Made by a program: the position numbers and the translations under genes. Under the pieces are notes generated by a model. The model was not told the DNA's origin, made no database searches, and worked only from the letters and a program-made list of their open reading frames with translations. From NCBI GenBank assembly GCA_963729605.1, contig CAVSNY010000004.1:160001-224000 (forward strand): a stretch of 64,000 nt of DNA, written 5' to 3'. The DNA is from an uncultured Gammaproteobacteria bacterium (lineage in GTDB: Bacteria; Pseudomonadota; Gammaproteobacteria; DRLM01). Of this stretch, positions 52,389 to 63,405 are shown piece after piece. Numbering within the stretch: the stretch's first letter is position 1; the number at the start of each line of letters is the position of its first letter.

Positions 52389-52404
52389 TGGCATACGCAT
52401 TGCT
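52389..52404 (+). promoter_or_regulatory. Sigma54 promoter of the fliL operon
   Basis: TGGCAT-ACGCA-TTGCT preceded by an AT-rich tract. Confidence 0.8.
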
Positions 52405-52435
52405 ATCTCTGTCCCAGGACTCACTGGAGGAACGG

Positions 52436-52978
52436 ATGATGGCCAAGGCGGAAAAAAATACTGAAGACAATGACGAGGCCGCGGAAAAGCCGGCCGCCAA
52501 AAAAAGCGGGATCATGAAGTATGTGTTGATCGGCGTGGGCGCCCTGGTATTGGTGGCCCTCAGTGTCGGCGGATCGATGTATATGGCGAAGAGCATGCTC
52601 GCCGGCAAGGACGCCCCTGCTGATGGCCAAGCGCCCGCGGAGGCGAAAAAAGAACAGCGGACCCCGGTTTATTTCGCCTTCGAACCGCCGATCGTGGTGA
52701 ACTTCAAAGGCGCTACGGGCATGCGATTCCTGCAAGTCACGATAGAGGTCATGACCTATGACCCGACCGTAGTGCCGCAAATCCAAGCCAATATGCCCGT
52801 GATAAAAAACAATCTTATTTTCATGTTGAGCGGCTTGACGATAGACGACTTGGGAACGCCGGAGGGAAAACTGAAAGTGCGGGCCGACGCGTTGGCCGAA
52901 ATAAAGAAAATCATGGTTGAGCGCACCGGCAAGCCCGGCGTCGAAGAATTGTATTTCACCAGCTTCGTGATGCAGTAA
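52436..52978 (+). CDS. fliL: Basal-body associated protein FliL
   Basis: Single TM segment, PPIVVNF, RFLQV, LYFTSFVMQ; GGAGG RBS. Confidence 0.95.
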   Translation: MMAKAEKNTEDNDEAAEKPAAKKSGIMKYVLIGVGALVLVALSVGGSMYMAKSMLAGKDAPADGQAPAEAKKEQRTPVYFAFEPPIVVNFKGATGMRFLQVTIEVMTYDPTVVPQIQANMPVIKNNLIFMLSGLTIDDLGTPEGKLKVRADALAEIKKIMVERTGKPGVEELYFTSFVMQ

Positions 52979-52981
52979 CTT

Positions 52982-53962
52982 ATGTCCGTCAACGACATTC
53001 TGACCCAAGACGAAATCGATGCGCTGCTGCACGGCGTGGACAGCGGCGACGTCGAAACCGAACGGCACGCCGAGGGTGACGACGGCAAGGTAAAGTCGTA
53101 TAACTTTTCCAGCCAGGACCGCATCGTGCGGGGGCGCATGCCCACGCTGGAAATGATCAACGAACGATTCGCGAGATTATTCAGGATCAGTTTGTTCAAC
53201 ATGCTGCGCCGCAGCGCCGAGATATCCATAGGCGGCATTCAGATGCTGAAATTCTCGGAATATATTCACAGCTTGTTCGTGCCGACCAGTTTGAACCTGA
53301 TGAAAGTCAAGCCGCTGCGCGGCACCGGATTAGTAGTGATCGATCCGAAATTGGTGTTTATTCTGGTCGACAATTATTTCGGCGGCGACGGCCGGTTCCA
53401 CACCAAAATCGAGGGCCGGGAATTCACGCCCACTGAAATGCGCGTGATCGAGATGATGCTCAATCTGACCTTCAAGGATTTCAAAGAGGCTTGGGCGCCG
53501 GTCATGCCGGTGGAATTCGAATACATCAATTCGGAAGTGAATCCCCAGTTCGCCAATATCGTCAGCCCCACCGAAGTGGTGGTCGTTACCACCTTTCATA
53601 TCGAACTGGACGGCGGCGGCGGAGATATGCATGTCACCATGCCTTATTCGATGGTGGAGCCTATCCGGGAAATATTGGATGCCGGCGTGCAAAGCGATCG
53701 GGAAGATACCGATAGCCGATGGGCGATATCGCTGCAAGAAGAAATGAAGGAGGCCGAGGTTGAAATAACCAGCATCTTGGCCGAAGTCGATTTATCGCTG
53801 GCCGAGATTCTGAAAATAAAGGCCGGGGATATTATCCCCATCGATTTGCCTGACGCGGTTTCACTGTGCGCGGAAGATATCCCGGTATTCAAAGGTTATT
53901 TCGGCGTGCATGAAGGTGTTAACGCGATAAAAATAATAAAACCGATTAAAAGTTCGTATTGA
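52982..53962 (+). CDS. fliM: Motor switch protein FliM
   Basis: ILTQDEIDALL, RIVRGRMPTLEMINERFAR, FGGDG, EVNPQFANIVSP. Confidence 0.97.
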   Translation: MSVNDILTQDEIDALLHGVDSGDVETERHAEGDDGKVKSYNFSSQDRIVRGRMPTLEMINERFARLFRISLFNMLRRSAEISIGGIQMLKFSEYIHSLFVPTSLNLMKVKPLRGTGLVVIDPKLVFILVDNYFGGDGRFHTKIEGREFTPTEMRVIEMMLNLTFKDFKEAWAPVMPVEFEYINSEVNPQFANIVSPTEVVVVTTFHIELDGGGGDMHVTMPYSMVEPIREILDAGVQSDREDTDSRWAISLQEEMKEAEVEITSILAEVDLSLAEILKIKAGDIIPIDLPDAVSLCAEDIPVFKGYFGVHEGVNAIKIIKPIKSSY

Positions 53963-53977
53963 TGAGCGAGATGTGAC

Positions 53978-54421
53978 ATGACCGATGAGACAAACGGAAT
54001 TAGCGACGATATGGGTGATGATTGGGCGGCGGCATTGGCTGAGCAAAAACAGTCAGGCGCGGTTTCGGAAAATAAACCGGTGAAGACCACTATGGCAAGC
54101 AACTATAAAAAAGCATCGTTCGATTCTCTGGAGAAAGACAATGTTTCTCCGCAGAATGAAGACGTCAACATGGAAGTGATACTCGATATCCCGGTGACCT
54201 TGTCCGTCGAAATCGGCCGTTCCCGCATCAATATCAGAAATCTTCTTCAACTCAATCAGGGGTCGGTCGTCGAGCTCGATCGGCTGGCCGGCGAACCCAT
54301 GGATGTGTTGGTCAACGGCACCCTCATCGCCCACGGCGAAGTGGTGGTGGTCAACGAGAAATTCGGCATCCGGCTCACCGATGTGATCAGCGCCTCGGAG
54401 CGGGTAAAGAAATTAAAATGA
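53978..54421 (+). CDS. fliN: Motor switch protein FliN
   Basis: ILDIPVTLSVEIGR…GEVVVVNEKFGIRLTDVIS. Confidence 0.97.
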   Translation: MTDETNGISDDMGDDWAAALAEQKQSGAVSENKPVKTTMASNYKKASFDSLEKDNVSPQNEDVNMEVILDIPVTLSVEIGRSRINIRNLLQLNQGSVVELDRLAGEPMDVLVNGTLIAHGEVVVVNEKFGIRLTDVISASERVKKLK

Positions 54422-54458
54422 TCGGCCAAGATCGCGGCGCTCGGCAATTAGAGGTGGG

Positions 54459-54899
54459 ATGATGAGAGTTTTAGGAAAAATATTATTCTTATTGTCGGTC
54501 GCGTTGTTACCGGTGATAAGCCAAGCGGCGGATACACCGGCGCTCAAGGAAACCGTGGCCGGTACGCCGGCCGAATATGTGGTAAAGACCGTCATTTCTC
54601 TGGGGCTGGTGATCGCCGCGATCTTTTTCGTGGCCTGGATGGCGAAAAAAATAAACCGGTTCAGCGGCGTCGAATCGGGCCAGATAAAAATCATCGGTTC
54701 TTTGGCGATAGGCGCCAAGGAAAAAATCTTACTTGTCGAGGTCGGCACCACGCAGATCTTGATAGGCGCGACGCCCAATCAAATAACGCATTTGTTGCAA
54801 CTCGAAGAACACGTCAAGCCGGAGCGTTCTCAGGGCGCCACGCCGAATTTTAACGGGTTTTTAAATGGAATTTTGCACAGGCATAAAGGCAATGCGTAA
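54459..54899 (+). CDS. fliO: Export apparatus protein FliO
   Basis: TM segment followed by [15 protein letters not shown]…LIGAT; position between fliN and fliP. Confidence 0.9.
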   Translation: MMRVLGKILFLLSVALLPVISQAADTPALKETVAGTPAEYVVKTVISLGLVIAAIFFVAWMAKKINRFSGVESGQIKIIGSLAIGAKEKILLVEVGTTQILIGATPNQITHLLQLEEHVKPERSQGATPNFNGFLNGILHRHKGNA

Positions 54900-55653
54900 G
54901 ATATTTTTCGTTTCCTTCGTCTTGATCTCGTTGTTCGGCGGCATGGCGCATGCGGCCGGGCCCGGTTTGGAGGCCATCACGGTTACCACCGATAATCAAG
55001 GCGGGCAAACCTATTCGTTAAGCATCCAAGTCCTGTTGCTGATGACGTTCTTGACCCTGCTGCCGGCGGGTCTATTGATGATGACGTCGTTTACCAGAAT
55101 CATCATCGTCCTGGCCTTGCTGCGCCAGGCCTTGGGCACCCAGCAGACGCCGACCAATCAAACCTTGATAGGTCTGGCTTTATTTCTGACATTTTTCGTG
55201 ATGACCCCGGTGTGGGAGGTGGTCAATCAGACCGCCTTGTCGCCCTATTTCGACGAAAAAATATCGTTTCAGGAGGCGCTGGAGAATGCCAAGAAGCCGG
55301 TGTCGCAATTCATGTTTAATCAGACCCGAGACAACGATCTGCAATTGTTCATGGAATTATCCGGCAAGGAATTGCAGGAAAAGGCCGGCGCCAGCGTCGC
55401 CGAGCAAGTGCCTTTTACCGCTTTGGTGCCGGCCTTCGTTACCAGCGAATTGAAAACCGCCTTTCAAATCGGCTTTCTGATCTTCATTCCTTTTCTGATT
55501 ATCGATCTTGTCGTCGCCAGCGTATTGATGGCGATGGGTATGATGATGTTGTCGCCCCTGATCATCTCTCTGCCTTTCAAGATCATGCTTTTTGTTTTGG
55601 TGGATGGCTGGACCTTGGTGATAGGCACGTTGGCCAGCAGCTTTTACACCTAG
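54892..55653 (+). CDS. fliP: Export gate protein FliP
   Basis: [40 protein letters not shown]. Confidence 0.97.
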   Translation: MRKIFFVSFVLISLFGGMAHAAGPGLEAITVTTDNQGGQTYSLSIQVLLLMTFLTLLPAGLLMMTSFTRIIIVLALLRQALGTQQTPTNQTLIGLALFLTFFVMTPVWEVVNQTALSPYFDEKISFQEALENAKKPVSQFMFNQTRDNDLQLFMELSGKELQEKAGASVAEQVPFTALVPAFVTSELKTAFQIGFLIFIPFLIIDLVVASVLMAMGMMMLSPLIISLPFKIMLFVLVDGWTLVIGTLASSFYT

Positions 55654-55663
55654 GAGTTCAGCG

Positions 55664-55933
55664 ATGACGCCCGAATCAATCATCACCCTTGGTAAAGAGG
55701 CGCTTTATGTAACCATCATGCTGACCCTGGTCCTGCTGGTTCCCGCTTTGATAGTCGGTTTTCTGGTGAGCGTCTTTCAAGCCGCTACTCAGATCAACGA
55801 AATGACGTTAAGTTTTATTCCGAAACTGATCATCACCATGTTGGTGATTGTGGTGGCCGGGCCATGGATGCTGCGCGTTCTGGTGACTTACACCCAGAAT
55901 TTGATCGGGGAAATTCCCCAGCTGATAGGTTAG
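55664..55933 (+). CDS. fliQ: Export gate protein FliQ
   Basis: FQAATQINEMTLSFIPK. Confidence 0.97.
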   Translation: MTPESIITLGKEALYVTIMLTLVLLVPALIVGFLVSVFQAATQINEMTLSFIPKLIITMLVIVVAGPWMLRVLVTYTQNLIGEIPQLIG

Positions 55934-55947
55934 CCGGACGTGCATGA

Positions 55948-56712
55948 ATGAATTTTTCAGGATCAGAGCTGGTGGCCATGGTGGGGCAGTATATGTGGGT
56001 GTTCGCCCGAATCGGCGGGATGGTGGCGGTGGCGCCGATCTTCGGCACCCGTACCGTTCCGGCACGAGTGAAGATCATTCTCACGTTGATCATTTCGCTG
56101 GCGGTAGTGCCGATGCTCGGCGAGGGCCCCGGCGTCGATCCCCTGTCCTTCGCCGGCTTATTGGTGCTTATTCAAGAGATATTGATCGGCGCGTTCATCG
56201 GTTTTTCGGTGTCCCTGGTTTTCGACGCCTTGATCACCGGCGGCCAAATCATCGCCCAGCTTATGGGCTTGGGCTTCGCGTCGATGATGGATCCGCAGAA
56301 CGGCGTGTCGGTCCCGGTGGTCGGCCAGTTTTATACGGTGATGGCGACCTTGATCTTTTTGGCGATAAATGGCCATTTATTGTTAATCGAGATGATCGTG
56401 TCGAGCTTCCAGTCGCTGCCGATCGGCGTGGGGCTCTCTCGCGAATCGTTCATGGGCCTGGCTTTGTGGGGCAAGTGGGTGTTCATCGGCGCGATCATGG
56501 TCGCCTTGCCGTCGATCGTCGCCCTGTTGATAGTGAATATCGCCTTTGGCGTGATGACCCGCGCGGCGCCGCAGTTGAATATTTTCGCGGTGGGATTCCC
56601 GATCACCATTCTGTTCGGTTTCCTGGTGATGGTGCTGACGCTGCCCAATTTCGTCGATAAATTTTATCAGCTTCTGGATGAGCTTTTTTCCTTCTTACGG
56701 CAAGTAGCGTAA
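55948..56712 (+). CDS. fliR: Export gate protein FliR
   Basis: APIFG, QLMGLGFASMMDP, RAAPQLNIFAVGFP. Confidence 0.96.
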   Translation: MNFSGSELVAMVGQYMWVFARIGGMVAVAPIFGTRTVPARVKIILTLIISLAVVPMLGEGPGVDPLSFAGLLVLIQEILIGAFIGFSVSLVFDALITGGQIIAQLMGLGFASMMDPQNGVSVPVVGQFYTVMATLIFLAINGHLLLIEMIVSSFQSLPIGVGLSRESFMGLALWGKWVFIGAIMVALPSIVALLIVNIAFGVMTRAAPQLNIFAVGFPITILFGFLVMVLTLPNFVDKFYQLLDELFSFLRQVA

Positions 56713-56729
56713 ATCCGTCGAGGTGAAAT

Positions 56730-57869
56730 ATGGCTCAGAGTGAAGGTGGTCAAGAACGGACGGAAGAGGCGACTCCTAAACGCTTGCGGGAAGCGAAGGA
56801 GAAGGGACAAGTCGCCAGATCGCGGGAATTGACGACGCTTATCTTGTTGCTTACCGCCGGTTTCGGTTTGTTGTTTCTGGGCGGCGCCGTGGTCTCCACC
56901 ATAACCGGAATCATGACCGAGAGTTTTCAATTTCTCGGCAGCCCCTGGCAGGACGCGAGTTCCCTGCCCGAGATCCTCCTCAAGGCCATGCTCGATTCGT
57001 TATGGGCGCTGGCGCCGATTCTGATGCTCTTCTTCGTGGTGGCGCTGCTGGCGCCGGGACTGCTGGGCGGCTGGTTGTTCAGCGGCGACGCCATCACCTT
57101 TAAATGGGAGCGTATCGATCCGATCAAAGGTTTGGGAAAAATATTCTCTTGGCGCGGCTTGTTGGAGTTGATCAAGGCGATAGCCAAATTCGCTTTTGTG
57201 GCGATAGTCGCGGGTCTTTGGTTATGGTCGGAAAAATGGGGAATCATCGGTTTAGGAAATCAATCCATCGAATCCGCCCTCCGTTTGTCGGCGGACGTAT
57301 TGATTTGGAGTTTTGTTGTGGCAAGCGTTCCCCTGGTGTTGATCGCCGCGCCTGACGTGTTTTTTCAGAAGTGGGATCACTCGCGTCAACTGAAGATGAC
57401 CCGCCAGGAAGTCAGGGAAGAAAATAAAGATACCGAAGGCAATCCCGAAATCAAGGCCAAGATTAAGAGCATTCAGCGTGAATTGGCCCGCCGCCGCATG
57501 ATGGAGGAGGTGCCGAAGGCCGATGTCATCATCACCAACCCCACTCACTATTCCGTGGCGCTGAGATACGATCAACATAAGATGGGCGCGCCGGTGGTGG
57601 TGGCCAAGGGCGCCGACCTCATCGCGCTGCAGATCAGGAACGTCGCCAAGCTGCATAACGTCCCGATCGTCACCGCCCCGCCGTTGGCGCGCGCGGTTTA
57701 TTTCAGCACCGATCTGAATAAGGAAGTGCCGGCCGGCTTGTATCTGGCCGTTGCGCAGATTCTCGCTTATGTCTATCAGTTGAAAAACGCCGGCGGCAAA
57801 ACTTCCGGTCAAGCAAATAATTTCGACGACTTGCCGATCCCCGACGATATGCGGGTGGACGAGCGATGA
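56730..57869 (+). CDS. flhB: Export switch protein FlhB
   Basis: ERTEEATPKR, EGNPEIK, NPTH autocleavage site. Confidence 0.97.
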   Translation: MAQSEGGQERTEEATPKRLREAKEKGQVARSRELTTLILLLTAGFGLLFLGGAVVSTITGIMTESFQFLGSPWQDASSLPEILLKAMLDSLWALAPILMLFFVVALLAPGLLGGWLFSGDAITFKWERIDPIKGLGKIFSWRGLLELIKAIAKFAFVAIVAGLWLWSEKWGIIGLGNQSIESALRLSADVLIWSFVVASVPLVLIAAPDVFFQKWDHSRQLKMTRQEVREENKDTEGNPEIKAKIKSIQRELARRRMMEEVPKADVIITNPTHYSVALRYDQHKMGAPVVVAKGADLIALQIRNVAKLHNVPIVTAPPLARAVYFSTDLNKEVPAGLYLAVAQILAYVYQLKNAGGKTSGQANNFDDLPIPDDMRVDER

Positions 57870-57897
57870 AAACATCCGTAGCGATATTCAAAGGCGT

Positions 57898-59985
57898 ATG
57901 TTTATGAGCCAAGCCAATGTGATGATGGGTCTGAAAAATCTATCCGGCGCGGGATTGGGCGCGCCGCTCTTGCTGGTAATGATGCTGGCGATGCTGGTGG
58001 TGCCCTTGCCGCCCTGGCTGCTCGACATCTTTTTTACCTTCAATATCTCCTTGGCCCTGGTGGTGTTGCTCGCGTGTATCTATGCGAAAAAACCCTTGGA
58101 GTTCGCCGCCTTTCCAACGGTATTGCTGGTTGCCACGCTGTTGCGCTTGGCGTTGAATGTCGCGTCGACCCGCGTCGTGCTGCTGGAAGGCCAGAACGGC
58201 ACGGCGGCGGCGGGCCAGGTCATCGAGGCCTTCGGCGAATTCGTGATGGGCGGCAATTACGCCGTCGGTCTGGTGGTCTTCGCGATCCTGGTGATCATCA
58301 ACTTCGTGGTGGTGACCAAGGGCGCGGGGCGTATTTCCGAGGTGTCGGCACGCTTTACCTTGGACGCGATGCCCGGTAAACAAATGGCGATCGACGCCGA
58401 TTTGAATGCGGGCCTGCTCACCCAGGCCGAGGCCAAGGCCCGCCGCGAAGAGGTGGGCCGCGAGGCGGACTTCTATGGTTCGATGGACGGCGCCAGCAAA
58501 TTCGTGCGCGGCGACGCCATCGCCGGCATCTTGATCCTGTTCATTAATCTCATCGCCGGGCTGGCGATCGGCATGTTGCAACACGGCATGGCCTTCGGTG
58601 ACGCCATGCGCGTGTATTCCCTGTTGACGGTGGGTGACGGCTTGGTGGCGCAAATCCCCTCGTTGGTCTTGTCGACCGCCGCGGCGATCATGGTCACCCG
58701 CGTCACCAGCTCCGAGGACATGGGGCAGCAGATTCTAGGTCAGCTGTTCGCCAATCCCAAATCCCTGGCCGTGACCGGCGGGGTTTTGGGCATCATGGGC
58801 GTGATCCCCGGCATGCCCAACCTGGTGTTTCTCAGCCTGGCGGCCGGCGCGGGCGGCGGGGCTTATTATCTCAGCCGCCGTAAAACGCAGGTAGTCGAGC
58901 GGGTTGAGGAACAAGCCGCCCCGCCCCCGGCCGAGCCCAAGGAGCTGAGTTGGGACGACGTGGCGCCGGTCGATACCATCGGCTTGGAAGTGGGTTACCG
59001 CCTTATCCCCCTGGTGGATAAAAATCAGGGCGGCCAGTTGATGACGCGGATCAAAGGCGTCAGGAAGAAATTGACCAATGAATTGGGCTTTCTGATTCCG
59101 GCGGTGCATATTCGCGACAATCTCGATTTGCCGGCCAACTATTACCGTATCTCCTTACTCGGAGTGAACGTCGGCGAAGCGGAGATTCACGTGGAGCGGG
59201 ACCTGGCGATCAATCCCGGCCAGGTGTATGGCCCGCTGCGCGGCATCGTCACCACCGATCCGGCCTTCGGCTTGGAGGCGGTGTGGATCGAACCCGCCTT
59301 GCGCGACGAGGCGCAGACCTTGGGTTATACCGTGGTGGACGCCAGCACGGTGATCGCGACTCACCTCAGCCAATTGCTGCAAGACCATGCCCATGAGTTA
59401 TTGGGACGGGAAGAGGTGCAGCACCTGTTGGACAACCTGGCCAAGACCACGCCCAAATTGGTGGAAGACCTGGTGCCCAACACCATGCCGATGGGCGCGC
59501 TGCTCAAAGTCCTGCGCAATCTGCTCGAAGAACGGGTGCCGCTCAAAGACATCCGGACCATCGCCGAAACATTGGCGGCGTACGGTCGCGAGAGTCAAGA
59601 CCCCGCCGTACTCACCGGTCATGTCCGCAACGCCCTTGGTCGAATGATATTTCAACAAATCAACGGCTTAAAAAATGAGCTGCCGGTAATCACCTTGGAT
59701 CCGGGCCTGGAACACATATTGCAAACTTCCCTGCAGGCCGGTGACGGCAGTGGTGGAGCGGCGTTTGAACCGGGATTGGCGGAGCGTATGCATCAGGCGA
59801 TTCAAAAGGCGGCGCAGAAACAAGAGCTGAACGGCGAGCCGAGCGTACTGCTGGTGGCGGCGCCCCTGCGGCAAGTGCTGGCCCGCTTCCTGCGCAGGAC
59901 CATCGCCAATTTACACGTGTTGTCATACAACGAATTGCCGGATAACAAACAGATCAAGGTCGTCGCCAGCGTCGGGAACAAATAG
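57898..59985 (+). CDS. flhA: Export apparatus protein FlhA
   Basis: RLALNVASTR, EVSARFTLDAMPGKQMAIDADL, FYGSMDGASKFVRGD. Confidence 0.98.
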   Translation: MFMSQANVMMGLKNLSGAGLGAPLLLVMMLAMLVVPLPPWLLDIFFTFNISLALVVLLACIYAKKPLEFAAFPTVLLVATLLRLALNVASTRVVLLEGQNGTAAAGQVIEAFGEFVMGGNYAVGLVVFAILVIINFVVVTKGAGRISEVSARFTLDAMPGKQMAIDADLNAGLLTQAEAKARREEVGREADFYGSMDGASKFVRGDAIAGILILFINLIAGLAIGMLQHGMAFGDAMRVYSLLTVGDGLVAQIPSLVLSTAAAIMVTRVTSSEDMGQQILGQLFANPKSLAVTGGVLGIMGVIPGMPNLVFLSLAAGAGGGAYYLSRRKTQVVERVEEQAAPPPAEPKELSWDDVAPVDTIGLEVGYRLIPLVDKNQGGQLMTRIKGVRKKLTNELGFLIPAVHIRDNLDLPANYYRISLLGVNVGEAEIHVERDLAINPGQVYGPLRGIVTTDPAFGLEAVWIEPALRDEAQTLGYTVVDASTVIATHLSQLLQDHAHELLGREEVQHLLDNLAKTTPKLVEDLVPNTMPMGALLKVLRNLLEERVPLKDIRTIAETLAAYGRESQDPAVLTGHVRNALGRMIFQQINGLKNELPVITLDPGLEHILQTSLQAGDGSGGAAFEPGLAERMHQAIQKAAQKQELNGEPSVLLVAAPLRQVLARFLRRTIANLHVLSYNELPDNKQIKVVASVGNK

Positions 59986-60041
59986 ACGGATTGAACGGGC
60001 GCAACGCCGGGATATCCCGCAGGCACTATACGGAGCAGTAG

Positions 60042-61292
60042 ATGAAGGTCAAAACATTTTTCGCTCCCGATATCCGGCAAGCCATAAAAATGGTGCGTGA
60101 GGAACAAGGCCCCGATGCGGTCATCATCTCCAATCGCCGGGTCGACGGCGGAGTGGAGATCGTCGCCGCCACCGATTACGACGAAGCGTTGCTCGGACAA
60201 TTTCAAGCCGCCAATTCCGCCAAAGGCGAAGCACCCAAAGCGCCGCCCGCCGCCGACAAACTCAGACAGTATTCGGAAAACAGCCCGGCCAAACCGGCCG
60301 CGGCGCGTCCCGCCTCGGTGGCGAATTCATGGAGCGGCACCCGCGGCGAGCCGACCGAGCAAGTGTTACTGGAGGTCCGCCGGGAACTCAAGACCATGCG
60401 CAGTTTCCTTGAAACCCGCATCGCGGAAATCGCCTGGGGTTCGTTCAAACAACGCTCGCCCATGCAGGCGGAAATTTTAAATAGGTTACTCGAATTCGGT
60501 TTATCCCACGCCCTTTCTCTCTCGATCGCCGAAGGCGTCCGTCCCGACCAGGACGTCGAAGCCGCCTGGTCCGAGTGTTTGCAATCCCTGGCCGATGAAA
60601 TCCCGATCGTCAACGACGACATCTTCGATAAAGGCGGCGTGGTGGCCTTGGTCGGACCGACCGGCGTCGGCAAGACCACCAGTGTCGCCAAGATCGCCGC
60701 CCGTTACGTCTTGCGTCACGGCGCGCGCCGCATCGCCTTGCTGACCACCGACGATTACCGGGTCGGCGCCCACGAACAACTGAGAAATTACGGCAGGCTG
60801 CTCAATATTCCGGTACGCAATGCCTCCACCGCCGACGAATTGCAGACCCAATTGGACGATCTCGCCGATAAAGACCTGGTGCTGATCGACACCGCGGGCA
60901 TCAGCCAGCGCGATATCCGGCTTTCCGAACAACTGGCCCTGTTGAATGACGGCAAATCCCGCATCCAAATTTATCTGACGCTTTCCGCCAATTCGCAAGT
61001 GCGCGGCATGGAAGAAACCATCGCCGCCTTCAAAAAAATCCGCCTGGACGGCTGCATTCTTACCAAGATCGACGAGACCTGTTCGATGGGACAGGCGCTC
61101 AATGCCGTGATCAACGGTAATTTACCGGTGGTTTACGTAAGTGACGGCCAGCGGGTACCGGAGGATCTTCACCTGGCCCGCTCCGAGAAATTAGTCAGCC
61201 AAGGTGTCGCATTGATGAAACAACCAATTAATTTGAGCGAGGAAGAAATGGGGTACGCAAGTGTCGGGAGGACGCTGTTAAATGCTCACTAA
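60042..61292 (+). CDS. flhF: SRP-family GTPase FlhF
   Basis: GPDAVIISNR, GPTGVGKTT, DTAG, TKIDE, GQRVPEDL. Confidence 0.96.
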   Translation: MKVKTFFAPDIRQAIKMVREEQGPDAVIISNRRVDGGVEIVAATDYDEALLGQFQAANSAKGEAPKAPPAADKLRQYSENSPAKPAAARPASVANSWSGTRGEPTEQVLLEVRRELKTMRSFLETRIAEIAWGSFKQRSPMQAEILNRLLEFGLSHALSLSIAEGVRPDQDVEAAWSECLQSLADEIPIVNDDIFDKGGVVALVGPTGVGKTTSVAKIAARYVLRHGARRIALLTTDDYRVGAHEQLRNYGRLLNIPVRNASTADELQTQLDDLADKDLVLIDTAGISQRDIRLSEQLALLNDGKSRIQIYLTLSANSQVRGMEETIAAFKKIRLDGCILTKIDETCSMGQALNAVINGNLPVVYVSDGQRVPEDLHLARSEKLVSQGVALMKQPINLSEEEMGYASVGRTLLNAH

Positions 61293-62163
61293 GCCGAAAA
61301 TAGATCAGGCCGAAGGTCTGCGTCGCATGGTGCGTCCGCGGCCGGTCAAGGTCATCGCGGTGACCAGCGGCAAAGGCGGCGTCGGTAAGACCAACTTGTC
61401 GATCAACTTGTCGATCGCCATGGCGCAGGCCGGTAAAGAAGTGTTGGTCCTCGATGCCGACTTCGGCTTGGCCAACGTCGATGTCCTGCTGGGGCTGCAC
61501 GCCTCGCATACGCTTTCCGACGTGCTGGACGGGGTGAGGACACTCGAGGAAATCATCTTGACCGGGCCCAGCGGCGTGAAGATCGTACCGGGTTCGTCCG
61601 GTCTCCAGCGCATGGCGGGTTTGCCTCCCTTGGAGCAGGCCGGGCTGATTCGCGCCTTCAGCGAGCTGAGCCATCGCATCGATGTTTTGTTGATCGATAC
61701 CGCGGCCGGTATTTCCGACAGCGTCATCAATTTCACCAAGGCGGCGCAGGAGATTCTGGTGGTGGTGTGCGATGAACCGGCGTCGATCACCGACGCCTAC
61801 GCGACGATTAAAGTTTTGAACCGCGACCACGGCGTCCATCGCTTCCGGATCGTCGCCAACATGGTCCAAAGCGCACAGGAGGGTAGGGACTTGTACTGCA
61901 AACTGTTAAATGTAACCGATAAATTCTTGGATGTGCAGCTGGATTTTATGGGCGTGGTGCCATTCGACGATTACCTGAAACGATCGGTGCAAAGGCAAAA
62001 GGCCGTAGTGGACGCCTATCCGCGCAGCAAGGCCGCCCTGGCCTTTAAAACTTTGGCGCAGAAGGCCGATAAATGGCCTGTAGCGCAAAATGCGGGCGGC
62101 CACGTGGAGTTCTTCATCGAACGGCTGATTCAATCCAACCCCGAAATGGAGGCGTCACTATGA
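61282..62163 (+). CDS. fleN: MinD-like ATPase FleN/FlhG
   Basis: DQAEGLR N-terminus, SGKGGVGKT, DEPASITDAYA. Confidence 0.95.
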   Translation: MLTKPKIDQAEGLRRMVRPRPVKVIAVTSGKGGVGKTNLSINLSIAMAQAGKEVLVLDADFGLANVDVLLGLHASHTLSDVLDGVRTLEEIILTGPSGVKIVPGSSGLQRMAGLPPLEQAGLIRAFSELSHRIDVLLIDTAAGISDSVINFTKAAQEILVVVCDEPASITDAYATIKVLNRDHGVHRFRIVANMVQSAQEGRDLYCKLLNVTDKFLDVQLDFMGVVPFDDYLKRSVQRQKAVVDAYPRSKAALAFKTLAQKADKWPVAQNAGGHVEFFIERLIQSNPEMEASL

Positions 62164-62918
62164 GCGGTGCCGCAGCGTCTTCCCTGAGCAAGGAACGCCA
62201 AACACGTATGAAGACACGTAAACAGGACGAAATCATCACCAAACATGCGCCGCTGGTAAAGCGGATCGCCTACCACTTGATGAGCCGGCTGCCGCCCAGT
62301 GTCCAGGCCGACGATTTGATCCAGGCCGGCATGATCGGTTTGCTCGAAGCCTCGCGCAATTACGACTCCGGGCAGGGCGCCAGTTTCGAAACCTATGCGG
62401 GGATACGCATTCGCGGCGCCATGCTGGACGAGATCCGGCGCAACGATTGGGCGCCGCGCTCGGTGCATCGCAAGGCCCGCAAGCTCGCCGACGCCGTCCG
62501 GCAAATCGAGCATCGCGAACGGCGCGACGCCCGCGATCACGAAGTCGCCGCGGAATTGGGCTTGAGCCTCGATGATTACCACCAGATTCTGCAAGACGCC
62601 AGCGGTTATCTGGTGATGAGTTTCGACGACCTCGGCGCCGACGAAGATTCGATCGGGCCGGAGCTGGCGGATCGTTCGCCCGGTCCGGTGGACAGGGTGC
62701 AAAACGACGCATTCAAGAAAAGTTTATCCGACGCGATCGCCAGCCTGCCCGACAGGGAACGTTTGGTGATGACGCTTTATTACGACGAAGAGCTGAATCT
62801 GCGGGAGATCGGCGCCGTCATCGGCGTCAGTGAATCGCGGGTAAGCCAGATACACAGTCAGGCCCTGATCCGTCTGCAAGCGCGCTTGGGCCGTTGGTTG
62901 GAGTTGGATGGCGAGTAA
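62160..62918 (+). CDS. fliA: Flagellar sigma factor FliA (sigma28)
   Basis: LVKRIAYHL, DLIQAGMIGL, RIRGAMLDE, GVSESRVSQIH; ATGA overlap with the fleN stop. Confidence 0.96.
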   Translation: MSGAAASSLSKERQTRMKTRKQDEIITKHAPLVKRIAYHLMSRLPPSVQADDLIQAGMIGLLEASRNYDSGQGASFETYAGIRIRGAMLDEIRRNDWAPRSVHRKARKLADAVRQIEHRERRDARDHEVAAELGLSLDDYHQILQDASGYLVMSFDDLGADEDSIGPELADRSPGPVDRVQNDAFKKSLSDAIASLPDRERLVMTLYYDEELNLREIGAVIGVSESRVSQIHSQALIRLQARLGRWLELDGE

Positions 62919-62981
62919 TCGCCATAAATTTTTTTCGTAGAAAAGATCGGGACACGCCCGATCCGCGCCAAGGAGGCTGTC

Positions 62982-63374
62982 TTGGACAAAAATATTAAGA
63001 TACTGGTCGTCGATGATTTTTCGACCATGCGCCGAATCATTAAAAATTTGCTTAGAGACCTCGGCTTCAACAACACCGCCGAGGCGGATGACGGCAACAC
63101 CGCGCTGCCCATGCTTCAGAACGGCGGTTTCGATTTTTTGATTACCGACTGGAATATGCCGGGCATGCAGGGTATCGATCTTTTAAAGGCGGTCAGGGCC
63201 GATCCGAAATTGGCAACCCTGCCCGTGCTGATGGTGACGGCCGAATCCAAACGCGACCAGATAGTCGAAGCCGCCCAAGCCGGCGTCAACGGCTATATCG
63301 TCAAACCCTTCACCGCGGTCACGCTCAAGGAAAAAATAGAGAAGATATTCGAGCGTATCAACGCCTCGGCATGA
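62982..63374 (+). CDS. cheY: Chemotaxis response regulator CheY
   Basis: TTG start after an AAGGAGG RBS; [22 protein letters not shown]. Confidence 0.97.
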   Translation: MDKNIKILVVDDFSTMRRIIKNLLRDLGFNNTAEADDGNTALPMLQNGGFDFLITDWNMPGMQGIDLLKAVRADPKLATLPVLMVTAESKRDQIVEAAQAGVNGYIVKPFTAVTLKEKIEKIFERINASA

Positions 63375-63405
63375 CACGCGGCTGTGCTGGATAGGAAGGG
63401 AATAA